Source: Bacteroidales bacterium (GTDB lineage Bacteria > Bacteroidota > Bacteroidia > Bacteroidales > F082). From it: 64,000 nt of DNA. Location: contig JAFYNK010000079.1 of NCBI GenBank assembly GCA_017548125.1, positions 20,180 through 84,179 of the forward strand, given 5' to 3'. Position numbers and translations under genes: made by a program. Within the stretch, counting starts at the first letter, position 1. Each line of letters starts with the position of its first letter. The notes beneath the pieces are model-generated. The model saw nothing but the letters and a program-made list of their open reading frames with translations, was not told the DNA's origin and ran no database searches. This document shows, one piece after another, positions 18,341 through 27,113 of the stretch.

Positions 18341-18348
18341 TACTTTTG
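18341..18348 (+). promoter_or_regulatory. -7 box TActTTTG upstream of the repeat-bearing membrane protein
   Basis: Exact TAnnTTTG, about 130 nt before the ATG at 18479 (long leader). Confidence 0.4.
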
Positions 18349-18478
18349 TCGTATGTTACGCCAAACACATCTGAATAAGAACAAACATAAATACCGTATT
18401 TATGTGCGTATAATAAGGTACAACAAAGCAACTGAAATGCCGTAAAAAGGGTAAGAATAACTATTAAATTTTAAAGTC

Positions 18479-19021
18479 ATGAATCCTCAATTAGAAAAAT
18501 ACATCAACAACAGAAAGGAAGAAATAAAAAAACAAAGAGAAAATCATCTTTTATCTTTAGGATTAATAGACGAAAGCAAAACAATTGTTGAAAGAATATT
18601 GGTCGATGATATCGTTGTTAAGTTTGATAAAACTTTAAACAAATATTATTTTGAAGATGAAGTAAAAAATGTACGCGTTGTTAAGTTTGATGAAACTTTA
18701 AACAAATATTATTTTGAAGAAGAAACCAAATTCCCAATAGACATAACAGAAGAAGAATACCAAGAATTATTAAAATACATTCCACAAGATAAAATTAAAC
18801 CGAATAAAGAAGCCTCTGAAAACTTAACAACTCTAAATAAATCATATAAAGTTTTTGCTTATATACTTTTAATATTAGGCATAATACTAACAATTACCAC
18901 AACACCATTCAAAATAGGCATCTTTTGCATAATTTTATCTATAACAATATTTATTGAAAGAATATTTATCAAAGGTTTTATTGTAATTGTTGAAAATACT
19001 GAAAACAATAGATGTAATTAA
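18479..19021 (+). CDS. hypothetical protein with a tandem 21-aa repeat and two C-terminal TM helices
   Basis: 180 aa. VVKFDKTLNKYYFEDE / VVKFDETLNKYYFEEE, then hydrophobic FAYILLILGIILTI and IGIFCIILSITIFI. Very AT-rich. Confidence 0.55.
   Translation: MNPQLEKYINNRKEEIKKQRENHLLSLGLIDESKTIVERILVDDIVVKFDKTLNKYYFEDEVKNVRVVKFDETLNKYYFEEETKFPIDITEEEYQELLKYIPQDKIKPNKEASENLTTLNKSYKVFAYILLILGIILTITTTPFKIGIFCIILSITIFIERIFIKGFIVIVENTENNRCN
18614..18720 (+). repeat. near-identical tandem duplication, 63-bp period, inside the CDS
   Basis: 44-bp blocks at 18614..18657 and 18677..18720 differ at a single base (gataaaac vs gatgaaac). Confidence 0.9.
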
Positions 19022-19050
19022 GATTTTATATAAAAACACAAGACCTTCCA

Positions 19051-19085
19051 GTGTCAAATTTATCCTTGAATTTGACACTTTTTTT
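19051..19085 (+). terminator. rho-independent terminator
   Basis: gtgtcaaatt / aatttgacac 10-bp stem, 8-nt loop, T7 tail. Confidence 0.8.
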
Positions 19086-19199
19086 GTTTTTTTTATTTTT
19101 TCCATTAATATTAATATTTAATTAATAGATATATCTATAACTCATTGATTGTTAATTATTTTTAACTTTATTTTCCTTGACTAGCATTGTTTTACTTTA

Positions 19200-19207
19200 T
19201 ATCTTTG
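19200..19207 (+). promoter_or_regulatory. -7 box TAtcTTTG with a TTG 20 nt upstream (19177..19179); promoter of the small-ORF/GNAT pair
   Basis: Exact TAnnTTTG, 28 nt before the ATG at 19235. Confidence 0.5.
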
Positions 19208-19234
19208 CAAAGTAATTTTAAAAACTAAAATATT

Positions 19235-19387
19235 ATGGCAAGACCGATTAAAGAAACACCAATACTTTATGGAGAAGACGCTCGAAGATTCGAAAAAAGA
19301 ATGAAGGAAAAACGTCACGAAGATCCTGAAAAAAGAGCGAAACGCTTAAGAGATTACGAAATGATTATGAAAATCTTTGAAGGGTAA
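19235..19387 (+). CDS. unannotated 50-aa charged protein, candidate antitoxin of the downstream GNAT toxin
   Basis: Below the ORF-track size cutoff. ATG 19235, TAA 19385..19387. MARPIKETPILYGEDARRFEKRMKEKRHEDPEKRAKRLRDYEMIMKIFEG. Ends 3 nt before the GNAT start and has its own promoter box. Confidence 0.55.
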   Translation: MARPIKETPILYGEDARRFEKRMKEKRHEDPEKRAKRLRDYEMIMKIFEG

Positions 19388-19390
19388 TTT

Positions 19391-19957
19391 ATGACGATTT
19401 TCCAAATTAGTGATTTTGGTACTTGCAAAGTACGGAAATTACGAAAAGACGAAAAGGTAAAGTCGTTCAATTGTGGAGATAACGATTTGAACGACTTCCT
19501 TTTAAACAGAGCTGATTCTTATAGGAAATCATTACTAGCAGTAACCTACGTTTTTGAAAACATTGAATCGAAAGAGATTATCGGTTATTTCAGTTTGGCA
19601 AACGACCGTGTTTCCTTGACTGATTTCGAAAACAAAACCGAATTTAACCGTTTCAGAAAAAGTCGATTCATTAACGAGAAACGTATTAGGAGTTATCCTG
19701 CTGTCAAGATATGTCGCTTGGGAATAAATGAAGTCTTTCATAACAAAGGTATTGGTTCTATATTGCTGAATTTTATCAAGTCTTATTTCATCGAAAATAA
19801 CAAGACAGGCTGCCGTTTTATAACAGTAGATGCTTACAATGATGCTATTCCGTTTTATCAGAACAATGACTTTCAACATCTGAAAAAGGAAGAATCCGAT
19901 ACAGTGACAAGATTGCTCTATTATGACTTAAATGATATCGTGGATGAAATTGCATAA
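19391..19957 (+). CDS. GNAT-family N-acetyltransferase, TacT/AtaT-like toxin type
   Basis: 188 aa. N-terminal SFNCGDNDLNDFL resembles the FxCGxxxLNxFL motif of GNAT toxins. Acetyl-CoA motif A HNKGIGSILLNFI. ITVDAYNDAIPFYQNNDF. Confidence 0.75.
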   Translation: MTIFQISDFGTCKVRKLRKDEKVKSFNCGDNDLNDFLLNRADSYRKSLLAVTYVFENIESKEIIGYFSLANDRVSLTDFENKTEFNRFRKSRFINEKRIRSYPAVKICRLGINEVFHNKGIGSILLNFIKSYFIENNKTGCRFITVDAYNDAIPFYQNNDFQHLKKEESDTVTRLLYYDLNDIVDEIA

Positions 19958-20043
19958 AGTCGTTAAATACGAGTGATTTTCAATCTATATTCTCCAATTA
20001 TCAATTTGTTAAACTTTCATTTCTTTCATATTTATTTTTTTCA

Positions 20044-20051
20044 TAACTTTG
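20044..20051 (+). promoter_or_regulatory. -7 box TAacTTTG upstream of the acyl-CoA synthetase gene
   Basis: Exact TAnnTTTG, about 57 nt before the ATG at 20108. Confidence 0.45.
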
Positions 20052-20107
20052 CGCAAAATGATGTATTAGTATCATTTATTTTCGATTATTATTTAAAATC
20101 ATAAAAT

Positions 20108-22168
20108 ATGATAGCAAAAGAATTATTAAATCCTAAAAGCATTGCAGTTATCGGTGCTTCTGGTGACACACAAAAACCAGGCGGCAGCATTTTAAGAAAC
20201 CTTCTCAACAGCAACTTCAACGGCGAGGTTTACACTGTTAATCCTAAAGAAACTGAAGTTCAAGGCGTAAAATGTTACCAAAAAGTTGAAGACCTTCCAC
20301 AAGTAGATTGCGCAATCATCGCTATTGCAGCAAAATATTGCCCAGCAACAGTCAACACTTTGGCTTTTGAAAAAGGTACAAAAGGCTTCATCATCGTTTC
20401 TGCAGGCTTCAGCGAAGAAAATGAACAAGGTGCTGAATTTGAAAGACAAATCGTTGAAACAGTAAATAAAGTCGGCGGCAGCCTCATCGGTCCTAACTGT
20501 ACAGGTTTCTTGAACCGTAACTACTGCGGTGCTTTCGACTCTCCAATACCAACATTAGATCCTCATGGCGTTGACTTCGTAACAGGTTCTGGCGCAACAG
20601 CTGTATTCATCAAAGAATACGGTATGACAAACGGTCTCACATTCAATAGCGTTTGGGCAGTCGGTAACTCAGCACAAGTCGGTATTGAAGACGTTCTCGA
20701 ACACTTAGACACAACATTCGATCCTGAGACAAGTTCTCGCGTCATCATGATATACATGGAAAAGATCGGCAACCCACAAAAGTTATTGAAACACTCACGT
20801 TCACTCATCAACAAAGGTTGTCACATCGCAGCAATCAAATCAGGCGGTTCAGCAGCAGGTAGCCGTGCAGCATCTTCACACACTGGCGCTCTCGCAACAG
20901 ACGACGCTGTAGTTGACGCATTATTCCGCAAAGCAGGTATCGTTCGTTGCAACAACCGTCAAGAATTGACAACAGTCTGCGCTATCTTCATGCACCCAGA
21001 AGTAAAAGGCAAAAACGTCGCAGTCATCACACACGCTGGCGGTCCTGCAGTTATGTTGACCGACACTCTTTCAAACGGCGGCATGGACGTTCCTCACATC
21101 GAAGGTCCTAAAGCTGACGAACTCTTGGCTAAGTTATTCCCAGGTTCTTCAGTAGGCAACCCAATCGACTTCTTGGCAACAGGTACAGCAGAACAATTAG
21201 GTCACATCATCGACGCTTGCGAAAACGACTTCGATAACATCGACTGCATGTGCGTAATCTTCGGTTCTCCAGGTTTATTCCCTAACTGGGAGGTTTACGA
21301 AGTTTTGAACGAGAAGATGAAGACTTGCAAAAAGCCTATCTTCCCTATCCTTCCTTCAATCATCAACGTAAAAGACGAAATCAACGATTTCATTACAAAT
21401 AAAGGCAGAATCAACTTCCCAGAAGAATGTATCTTCGGTAACGCTTTGTGCAAGATCTATCATACACCAAAACCACAAGCAGAAATTGTTGAACTTCCAA
21501 AAGTTGACGAAGCAAGAATCCGCAAGGTCATCGACAACTGCGAAAACGGTTACATCGGACCAGATGAAATCTTCGAATTGTTAGATGCAGCTGGCATCGC
21601 TCAAAAACAAATCCGCGTCGTTGATCAAAAACAACAAGCTTTAGACTTCGCTAACGAAGTTGGTTATCCACTCGTTATGAAAGTTGTCGGTCCTCTTCAC
21701 AAGTCAGACGTTGGCGGCGTTACATTGAACGTTCGCGACATCGAAACAGTTGACAGAGAGTTCGACCGCTTGATGGCTATCCCAGAAACATACGCCGTTG
21801 AAATGTATCCAATGCTCGACGGTACAGAAGTCTATATCGGCGCTATCCGTGACGAAAAATTCGGTCACCAAGTATTCTTCGGTTTAGGCGGTATCTTCAT
21901 CGAAGTATTGAAAGACGTTCAAAATGCTATCGCTCCTATCACAGCATGCGAAGCTAAAGATATGTTGACTAAGTTACGCGGTTACAAGATTTTGGAAGGC
22001 GTCAGAGGACAACAACCAGTCAACGTTGACATCTACGCAGAACAAGTAGCAAGAGTCAGCGCTTTGGTTATGGTAGCTCCAGAAATCGCTGAAATGGACT
22101 TGAACCCATTGCTCGGCAATCCAAAGAACGTCGTCGCTGTTGACGCTAGAATTAGAATCGAAAAATAA
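20108..22168 (+). CDS. ADP-forming acetyl/acyl-CoA synthetase (acetate--CoA ligase family, fused alpha/beta)
   Basis: 686 aa. CoA-binding N-terminus (SIAVIGASGDTQKPGG), the succinyl-CoA-synthetase-like GPNCTG, a phosphohistidine loop (SSHTGALA) and a C-terminal ATP-grasp domain. Confidence 0.9.
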   Translation: MIAKELLNPKSIAVIGASGDTQKPGGSILRNLLNSNFNGEVYTVNPKETEVQGVKCYQKVEDLPQVDCAIIAIAAKYCPATVNTLAFEKGTKGFIIVSAGFSEENEQGAEFERQIVETVNKVGGSLIGPNCTGFLNRNYCGAFDSPIPTLDPHGVDFVTGSGATAVFIKEYGMTNGLTFNSVWAVGNSAQVGIEDVLEHLDTTFDPETSSRVIMIYMEKIGNPQKLLKHSRSLINKGCHIAAIKSGGSAAGSRAASSHTGALATDDAVVDALFRKAGIVRCNNRQELTTVCAIFMHPEVKGKNVAVITHAGGPAVMLTDTLSNGGMDVPHIEGPKADELLAKLFPGSSVGNPIDFLATGTAEQLGHIIDACENDFDNIDCMCVIFGSPGLFPNWEVYEVLNEKMKTCKKPIFPILPSIINVKDEINDFITNKGRINFPEECIFGNALCKIYHTPKPQAEIVELPKVDEARIRKVIDNCENGYIGPDEIFELLDAAGIAQKQIRVVDQKQQALDFANEVGYPLVMKVVGPLHKSDVGGVTLNVRDIETVDREFDRLMAIPETYAVEMYPMLDGTEVYIGAIRDEKFGHQVFFGLGGIFIEVLKDVQNAIAPITACEAKDMLTKLRGYKILEGVRGQQPVNVDIYAEQVARVSALVMVAPEIAEMDLNPLLGNPKNVVAVDARIRIEK

Positions 22169-22174
22169 GACAAA

Positions 22175-22861
22175 ATGAAAAAAGGTGATATAATTACCAT
22201 AATAGCTGTCTTGGCAGTCATTGGAGCTTTCGCTTTCGTTCCAGGAGCGATGGATGGTTTCAACAAAATGACTGCCGAGCACGGCATGATCATGAGTTTC
22301 TTCAAGTTCGCTATCTTGGGAACTTTCGGTGAGATGTTAGCTTTAAGAATCCGTAAAGGCAGCTACCTTGAAAAAGGTTTCGGTCTCGTGCCAAAGATGC
22401 TCGTCTGGGGTTTCCTCGGCGTCATCATCGCATCTGCCATGGTTATCTTCAAGAGCGGCACTGTCACATTACTTGAAAAAGGCTTCGGCGTAGCACAAGC
22501 CGGCGAATGGTTCAGAGGTGACTTCAGCGGAGGTAAAGTCGTCGTTGCGCTCTTAGTCAGCGTTTTGATGAACACCATCTTCGCTCCTGTCTTCATGACA
22601 TTCCACAAAGTAACAGACATCCACATCGCTGAGACAGGCGGAACATTAAAAGGATTCTTCTGCAACAAATTGAAAATCCAAGAAACAATAGCTCATAAAA
22701 TCAACTGGGACTTACAATACGGTTTCGTTTTCAAGAAGACCATACCTTTGTTCTGGTACCCAGCACACACAATCACATTCTTGTTACCAGGAAATTACCA
22801 AGTACTTTTCGCAGCATTCTTGGGAGTAGTCTTAGGTGTGATGTTGAGCATTAAGAAATAA
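22175..22861 (+). CDS. conserved hypothetical membrane protein (possibly Mpv17/PMP22-like)
   Basis: 228 aa with several TM helices. C-terminal LFWYPAHTITFLLPGNYQVLFAAFLGVVLGVMLS loosely recalls Mpv17/PMP22. Starts 6 nt after the synthetase stop. Confidence 0.5.
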   Translation: MKKGDIITIIAVLAVIGAFAFVPGAMDGFNKMTAEHGMIMSFFKFAILGTFGEMLALRIRKGSYLEKGFGLVPKMLVWGFLGVIIASAMVIFKSGTVTLLEKGFGVAQAGEWFRGDFSGGKVVVALLVSVLMNTIFAPVFMTFHKVTDIHIAETGGTLKGFFCNKLKIQETIAHKINWDLQYGFVFKKTIPLFWYPAHTITFLLPGNYQVLFAAFLGVVLGVMLSIKK

Positions 22862-22928
22862 AATTTGTAGAGACGCGTCAATGTTACCTTTAATATACAC
22901 ACACATTGACACGTCTTATAAGACAAAG

Positions 22929-22964
22929 AAAAAGAGTCGTAAAATTATTACGGCTCTTTTTTTT
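22929..22964. terminator. bidirectional terminator between convergent genes
   Basis: agagtcgta / tacggctct stem (one G-U) with an A-run on the left and T8 on the right. Confidence 0.7.
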
Positions 22965-22990
22965 ATTACCCATCCACCAATTCCAAATTC

Positions 22991-24640
22991 CTAACTTATC
23001 AAAACTTCCGCTGCTCTCAGTGCTTCTGCTGTGACTTCAGCGTTGGAGAGCATCTTAGCGATTTCCATAACGCGTTCTTCGCGTGTCAGAGTTCTGATGT
23101 TAGAACGTGTCTTTTCATCAACGACGTCTTTATATACAAAGAAATGATTTTTCGCTTTACTTGCTACTTGTGGTAAGTGAGTGATACTTACGAGTTGCAG
23201 CGTCTCTCCCATCACCTTCATGATGTCGCCGAGTTTTGATGCCACCTCACCCGAAACGCCAGTATCAATCTCGTCGAATATCAAAGTCGGGATGTAATTG
23301 TTTTTAGCCGCAATGCTCTTGATCGCTAACATCAAACGTGAGAGCTCTCCGCCAGAAGCAGCCTTCGCCATATTTTCAGGAGCGTATCCTTTGTTAGCAG
23401 AAAACATAAATGTCACGGCATCAGTTCCGTTTGAAGTAAGTTCCCCAACATTCTCGCATTTGATTTCAAATACGCCGTGTGGCATAGCAAGCTGACGTAT
23501 GACATCAGTGACGTCTTTTTCAAAAACAGCTTTAGCCGAAAGACGTCTCTTATTCAATTCCTTAGCCTTATGATACAAGGATTTCTCCATCGTCTTGACT
23601 TCCTTCTCCTTGTCAGCAACGATTTCATCTATATTAGAAAAATCATCCACTTTACGTCTTATCTCTTCTCTGAGCTGAATCAATTGTGAATAATCATTAA
23701 GATGATGTTTCATCATAAGACGCTGCATAACGTCAAAGCGCTCTTGCATAGTCTCAAGCGAAGATATATCCTGTGAATCGTCTTGCAGATTATTCAAGTC
23801 AGAACAGATGTCTTTCAGCTCTATCTTAACAGAATTAAGACGTTCGGACATTGAATCAAGTTCTGTGATATAACGTCTCAACTTATCGACATTATGTAAT
23901 AAGGTATTGACTCCGTCAAGAACAGATGTCTCGCTGTTCTCAAGTATCGTTGTCGATTCAAGAAGCAGTCTATTTATCTCTTCTTGATTTTCCAGTATCT
24001 CAATACGTTGAGCCAGTTCTTCATATTCATTATCTTGAAGTTCAGCTTTCAGAAGTTCATCAAGCTGGAACTTAAGATAGTCATTTTCATCAGTGTTATT
24101 TAAGGCTTTCTTACGAAGTGATTCGAGTTCGTTTTTGGCTAAAGAGTAATCTTTATATGACTTTTTGTATTCAAAAAGCAGCTCTTGATTATTGGCAGCG
24201 TCATCCAGCAATGCAAGCTGGAAATCAGGATTGCACAAAAGCAATGAGTCATGTTGCGAATGAATATCAACGAGATAAGCCCCGAGTTCTTTTAATACTT
24301 GTAAAGAGACGGGCGTATCATTTACAAAAGCTCGTGATTTTTTCTGAGGTGTGAGTTCACGACGTATTATACACTCTTCCTCGAAATCTATGTCGTTTTC
24401 TTCAAAGAAAGTTTTCAATCTATCATTATTCAAGACGAATGATGCTTCGACAATACACTTTTTCGTCTCATCAAACGGTATATTCGAGTCGGCTCTATTT
24501 CCGAGAACAAAACCCAAAGCGCCTAGAAGTATTGACTTTCCTGCGCCTGTCTCACCTGTTATGACAGTAAACCCATTATCAAAATCAACTGATAATGATG
24601 CTATTAATGCATAGTTTGATATTGATAATTTCTGTAGCAT
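22991..24640 (-). CDS. recN: DNA repair protein RecN
   Basis: 549 aa. Walker A GETGAGKS, long coiled-coil middle, C-terminal ASGGELSRLML and LIFDEIDTGVSG. Confidence 0.95.
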   Translation of the reverse strand: MLQKLSISNYALIASLSVDFDNGFTVITGETGAGKSILLGALGFVLGNRADSNIPFDETKKCIVEASFVLNNDRLKTFFEENDIDFEEECIIRRELTPQKKSRAFVNDTPVSLQVLKELGAYLVDIHSQHDSLLLCNPDFQLALLDDAANNQELLFEYKKSYKDYSLAKNELESLRKKALNNTDENDYLKFQLDELLKAELQDNEYEELAQRIEILENQEEINRLLLESTTILENSETSVLDGVNTLLHNVDKLRRYITELDSMSERLNSVKIELKDICSDLNNLQDDSQDISSLETMQERFDVMQRLMMKHHLNDYSQLIQLREEIRRKVDDFSNIDEIVADKEKEVKTMEKSLYHKAKELNKRRLSAKAVFEKDVTDVIRQLAMPHGVFEIKCENVGELTSNGTDAVTFMFSANKGYAPENMAKAASGGELSRLMLAIKSIAAKNNYIPTLIFDEIDTGVSGEVASKLGDIMKVMGETLQLVSITHLPQVASKAKNHFFVYKDVVDEKTRSNIRTLTREERVMEIAKMLSNAEVTAEALRAAEVLIS

Positions 24641-24642
24641 GA

Positions 24643-25554
24643 TTATTTTCTTCCTGACAAAAGTTCTTCATATTCAGAAGCATGAGAAGGGTCTATTTCT
24701 CTAAGAATATTTACAGCCTTGGTTTTTTCCTGCTGAGTTCCTTCTGAATATATGCTCTTCCATTCACTACGTTTTGTATCGTTGAGTACTTGTATGAACA
24801 ACAAGTTTGGTCTTTCAGAATAAGTCTGTTTAAGGTATTCAAGCGACTTTGTTATAGCTGCTTTGCCTTCATTTTGTTTTGTTGACATAACATCCAAGCC
24901 AAGACGATGATATTCATACATAAACTGACGAATTGGTTTGTAAGTAGCATTATTCATGTTCTCATTCAACCAATAACGATTCTTTTTATCATCGAAGGCT
25001 TTCCATCCTGACTCGTCAGCACTTTGAGCTGCTGTAACAATCTGGTCGGTCACTTTAAAGAAAGGGTCTCCGCCATAAAGTCCGAAGCTGTCAAAATACA
25101 ATCCTAATGAATAATAAGCATAAAACGCAAGTGTCGATGTCAGGTTTGACATATAAGTATTTTCAGAAAAATCCAGAGGTTGTGATTCTATATATTCAAA
25201 GACGAAGTCGTCATCGACGTAATTAAATAAAGGAGTGTTATAATTTGTCTTGTAAGTTGGACGGCGAAGAGCCACATTCAACTCAGACTCAATAATATTA
25301 CCTTCTTTTTTTGTTACGTTAACGACTATTGCACCTTCTATTCTTTCTTCTGGTTCAAATTTCACATTTGTCCAGACTCTGTTATTCATAAAGTTAAGTA
25401 TTCCTTCTTTAAGTGATTCAAAAGCACGCTGGTCGGTACCTTCCACTCTTGCAGAAGAGACAGTAACTTCGATGTTAAACTCTTGAGCTTTAAGGGAATC
25501 AAATCCTACCAAAGAGCATAACAATATCAGTAAAACACATATTTTTCTTTTCAT
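24643..25554 (-). CDS. DUF4835-family protein (named T9SS PorD in some annotations, from memory)
   Basis: 303 aa with a signal peptide. Pattern QEFNIEVTV...FESLKEGILNFMNNRVWTN...YYSLGLYFDSF...YHRLGLD matches my recollection of DUF4835. Conserved position between coaBC and recN. Confidence 0.7.
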   Translation of the reverse strand: MKRKICVLLILLCSLVGFDSLKAQEFNIEVTVSSARVEGTDQRAFESLKEGILNFMNNRVWTNVKFEPEERIEGAIVVNVTKKEGNIIESELNVALRRPTYKTNYNTPLFNYVDDDFVFEYIESQPLDFSENTYMSNLTSTLAFYAYYSLGLYFDSFGLYGGDPFFKVTDQIVTAAQSADESGWKAFDDKKNRYWLNENMNNATYKPIRQFMYEYHRLGLDVMSTKQNEGKAAITKSLEYLKQTYSERPNLLFIQVLNDTKRSEWKSIYSEGTQQEKTKAVNILREIDPSHASEYEELLSGRK

Positions 25555-25557
25555 ATT

Positions 25558-26763
25558 TTAGTTTATATATTGATAAATGGCGTTCAAGACATCTAATGCC
25601 ACTTCATTTTTAGGTTTCAGTTCAAAATCGGTCACCTTATCATCTTTTGTAATGATAGAAATCTTATTAGTTTTTGTCTTGAATCCTACGCCAGATTCGT
25701 TCATTACATTAAGAACGATAAGATCTATGTTTTTGGTATGCAATTTCTTTTTTGCGTTATCCAAACCATTTTCGGTTTCGAGAGCAAATCCCACAACAAC
25801 CTGAGCATCAGACTTCTTGCTTCCAACTGATTTGAGTATATCCTCAGTTTTAACAAGTTTTAGAGTAAGGGTGTCATTATCAGGATTTTTCTTAATCTTT
25901 TGATTTGCTGCCACTTCTGGTCTGAAGTCAGCCACTGCTGCGCTCAGCACTGCGATATCTGTTTTAGGGAAAAGCGACATCACTGCGTCATACATTTCCT
26001 TAGCCGATGTCACAGGCATCACTTTGATATTATTTCTGTTAGGAGAAATATTAGATGGGCCCAACACAAGAGTCACCTCTGCGCCTTGGTCGGCGAAAGC
26101 GCGAGCTATTTCAATGCCCATCAATCCGGAGCTATGATTTCCGATGAATCTTACGGGGTCTATTGCTTCGTAGGTTGGTCCTGCTGTGATGAGAACTTTC
26201 TTACCCACGAAATTGCGTTTTGTTTGAAAGAATGCCTTTATTCTTTCATATATCTTTTGAGGTTCTTCCATTCTGCCTTCACCACACAAACCGCTTGCGA
26301 GTTCTCCTGATGAAGGAGCTACGAAGATACACCCTCTTTCAATTAAGGTTTTGATATTTTGTTGGGTAGCCTGATGTTTATACATGTCGAGGTCCATTGC
26401 AGGAGCAAACATGATAGGGCATTTTGCCGAGAGGCACACTGTCAACAGATAGTTATCTGCAATACCATAAGCCATTTTAGCCATTGTGTTTGCCGAAGCT
26501 GGCGCCACTACAAAAAGGTCGGCCCACAAGCCAAGTTCGACATGACTGTCCCACTTGCCTGTTTTCTCATCGAAGCCGTAGGTTAACACAGGATTACCGC
26601 TGAGTGTTGACAAAGTAAGAGGCGTGACGAAATCTCTTGCCGATGGTGTCATCACGACTCTCACATCTGCGCCGTCCTTTTTCAACAGACGCACCAACAA
26701 AGGAATTTTGTAGGCGGCAATGCTACCTGTAATTCCTAATAGAATTTTCTTTCCGGTTAGCAT
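25558..26763 (-). CDS. coaBC: bifunctional phosphopantothenoylcysteine decarboxylase / phosphopantothenate--cysteine ligase
   Basis: 401 aa. ILLGITGSIAAYK flavoprotein N-domain and ITAGPTYEAIDPVRFIGNHSSG CoaB domain. Confidence 0.95.
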   Translation of the reverse strand: MLTGKKILLGITGSIAAYKIPLLVRLLKKDGADVRVVMTPSARDFVTPLTLSTLSGNPVLTYGFDEKTGKWDSHVELGLWADLFVVAPASANTMAKMAYGIADNYLLTVCLSAKCPIMFAPAMDLDMYKHQATQQNIKTLIERGCIFVAPSSGELASGLCGEGRMEEPQKIYERIKAFFQTKRNFVGKKVLITAGPTYEAIDPVRFIGNHSSGLMGIEIARAFADQGAEVTLVLGPSNISPNRNNIKVMPVTSAKEMYDAVMSLFPKTDIAVLSAAVADFRPEVAANQKIKKNPDNDTLTLKLVKTEDILKSVGSKKSDAQVVVGFALETENGLDNAKKKLHTKNIDLIVLNVMNESGVGFKTKTNKISIITKDDKVTDFELKPKNEVALDVLNAIYQYIN

Positions 26764-26777
26764 TGTTACTCCTTATC

Positions 26778-27113
26778 TTAGAAATCTCCGTCGTTTTCCT
26801 TGTTAGGATTACGAAAATAGATACGATCGTTTAAAAATTCATTGACAGCAATCAAAGTTGGCTTTGGCAATTTTTCGTAATATTTTGCCACTTCAATTTG
26901 TTCTTTGTTTTCGAAGACTTCTTCAAGACTGTCATTGTTTGTTGTGTACTCTTCTATTTTCTTATTGAGTTCACTCTTCATTTCAGCAGCAATTTGGTCA
27001 GATCTCTTTGCCATGATAGCTACTGTTTCATAAATGTTACCTGTGCCTACATAAAATTGGTCCTTTTGACGAGTGACACAAGTTGTCTCGGTGTTAATTT
27101 TTTTAAAATCCAT
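26778..27113 (-). CDS. rpoZ: DNA-directed RNA polymerase subunit omega (Bacteroidetes long form)
   Basis: 111 aa. NIYETVAIMAKRSDQI core. Conserved position between bamD and coaBC. Confidence 0.7.
   Translation of the reverse strand: MDFKKINTETTCVTRQKDQFYVGTGNIYETVAIMAKRSDQIAAEMKSELNKKIEEYTTNNDSLEEVFENKEQIEVAKYYEKLPKPTLIAVNEFLNDRIYFRNPNKENDGDF

Noticed and set aside
19535-19879. 114-aa minus-strand ORF opposite the GNAT gene, considered as an antisense-encoded antitoxin
   Set aside because: It has no promoter box or plausible fold, whereas the upstream 50-aa sense ORF fits toxin-antitoxin geometry far better.
17023-19957. Mobile-element boundaries (integrase, transposase, tRNA target, direct repeats) around the 17-20 kb islet and the 44-54.7 kb Rhs block
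   Set aside because: I found no recombinase-like ORF, tRNA or flanking direct or inverted repeats by eye. Horizontal origin is suggested only by apparent AT-richness and gene content, so no mobile_element feature is called.
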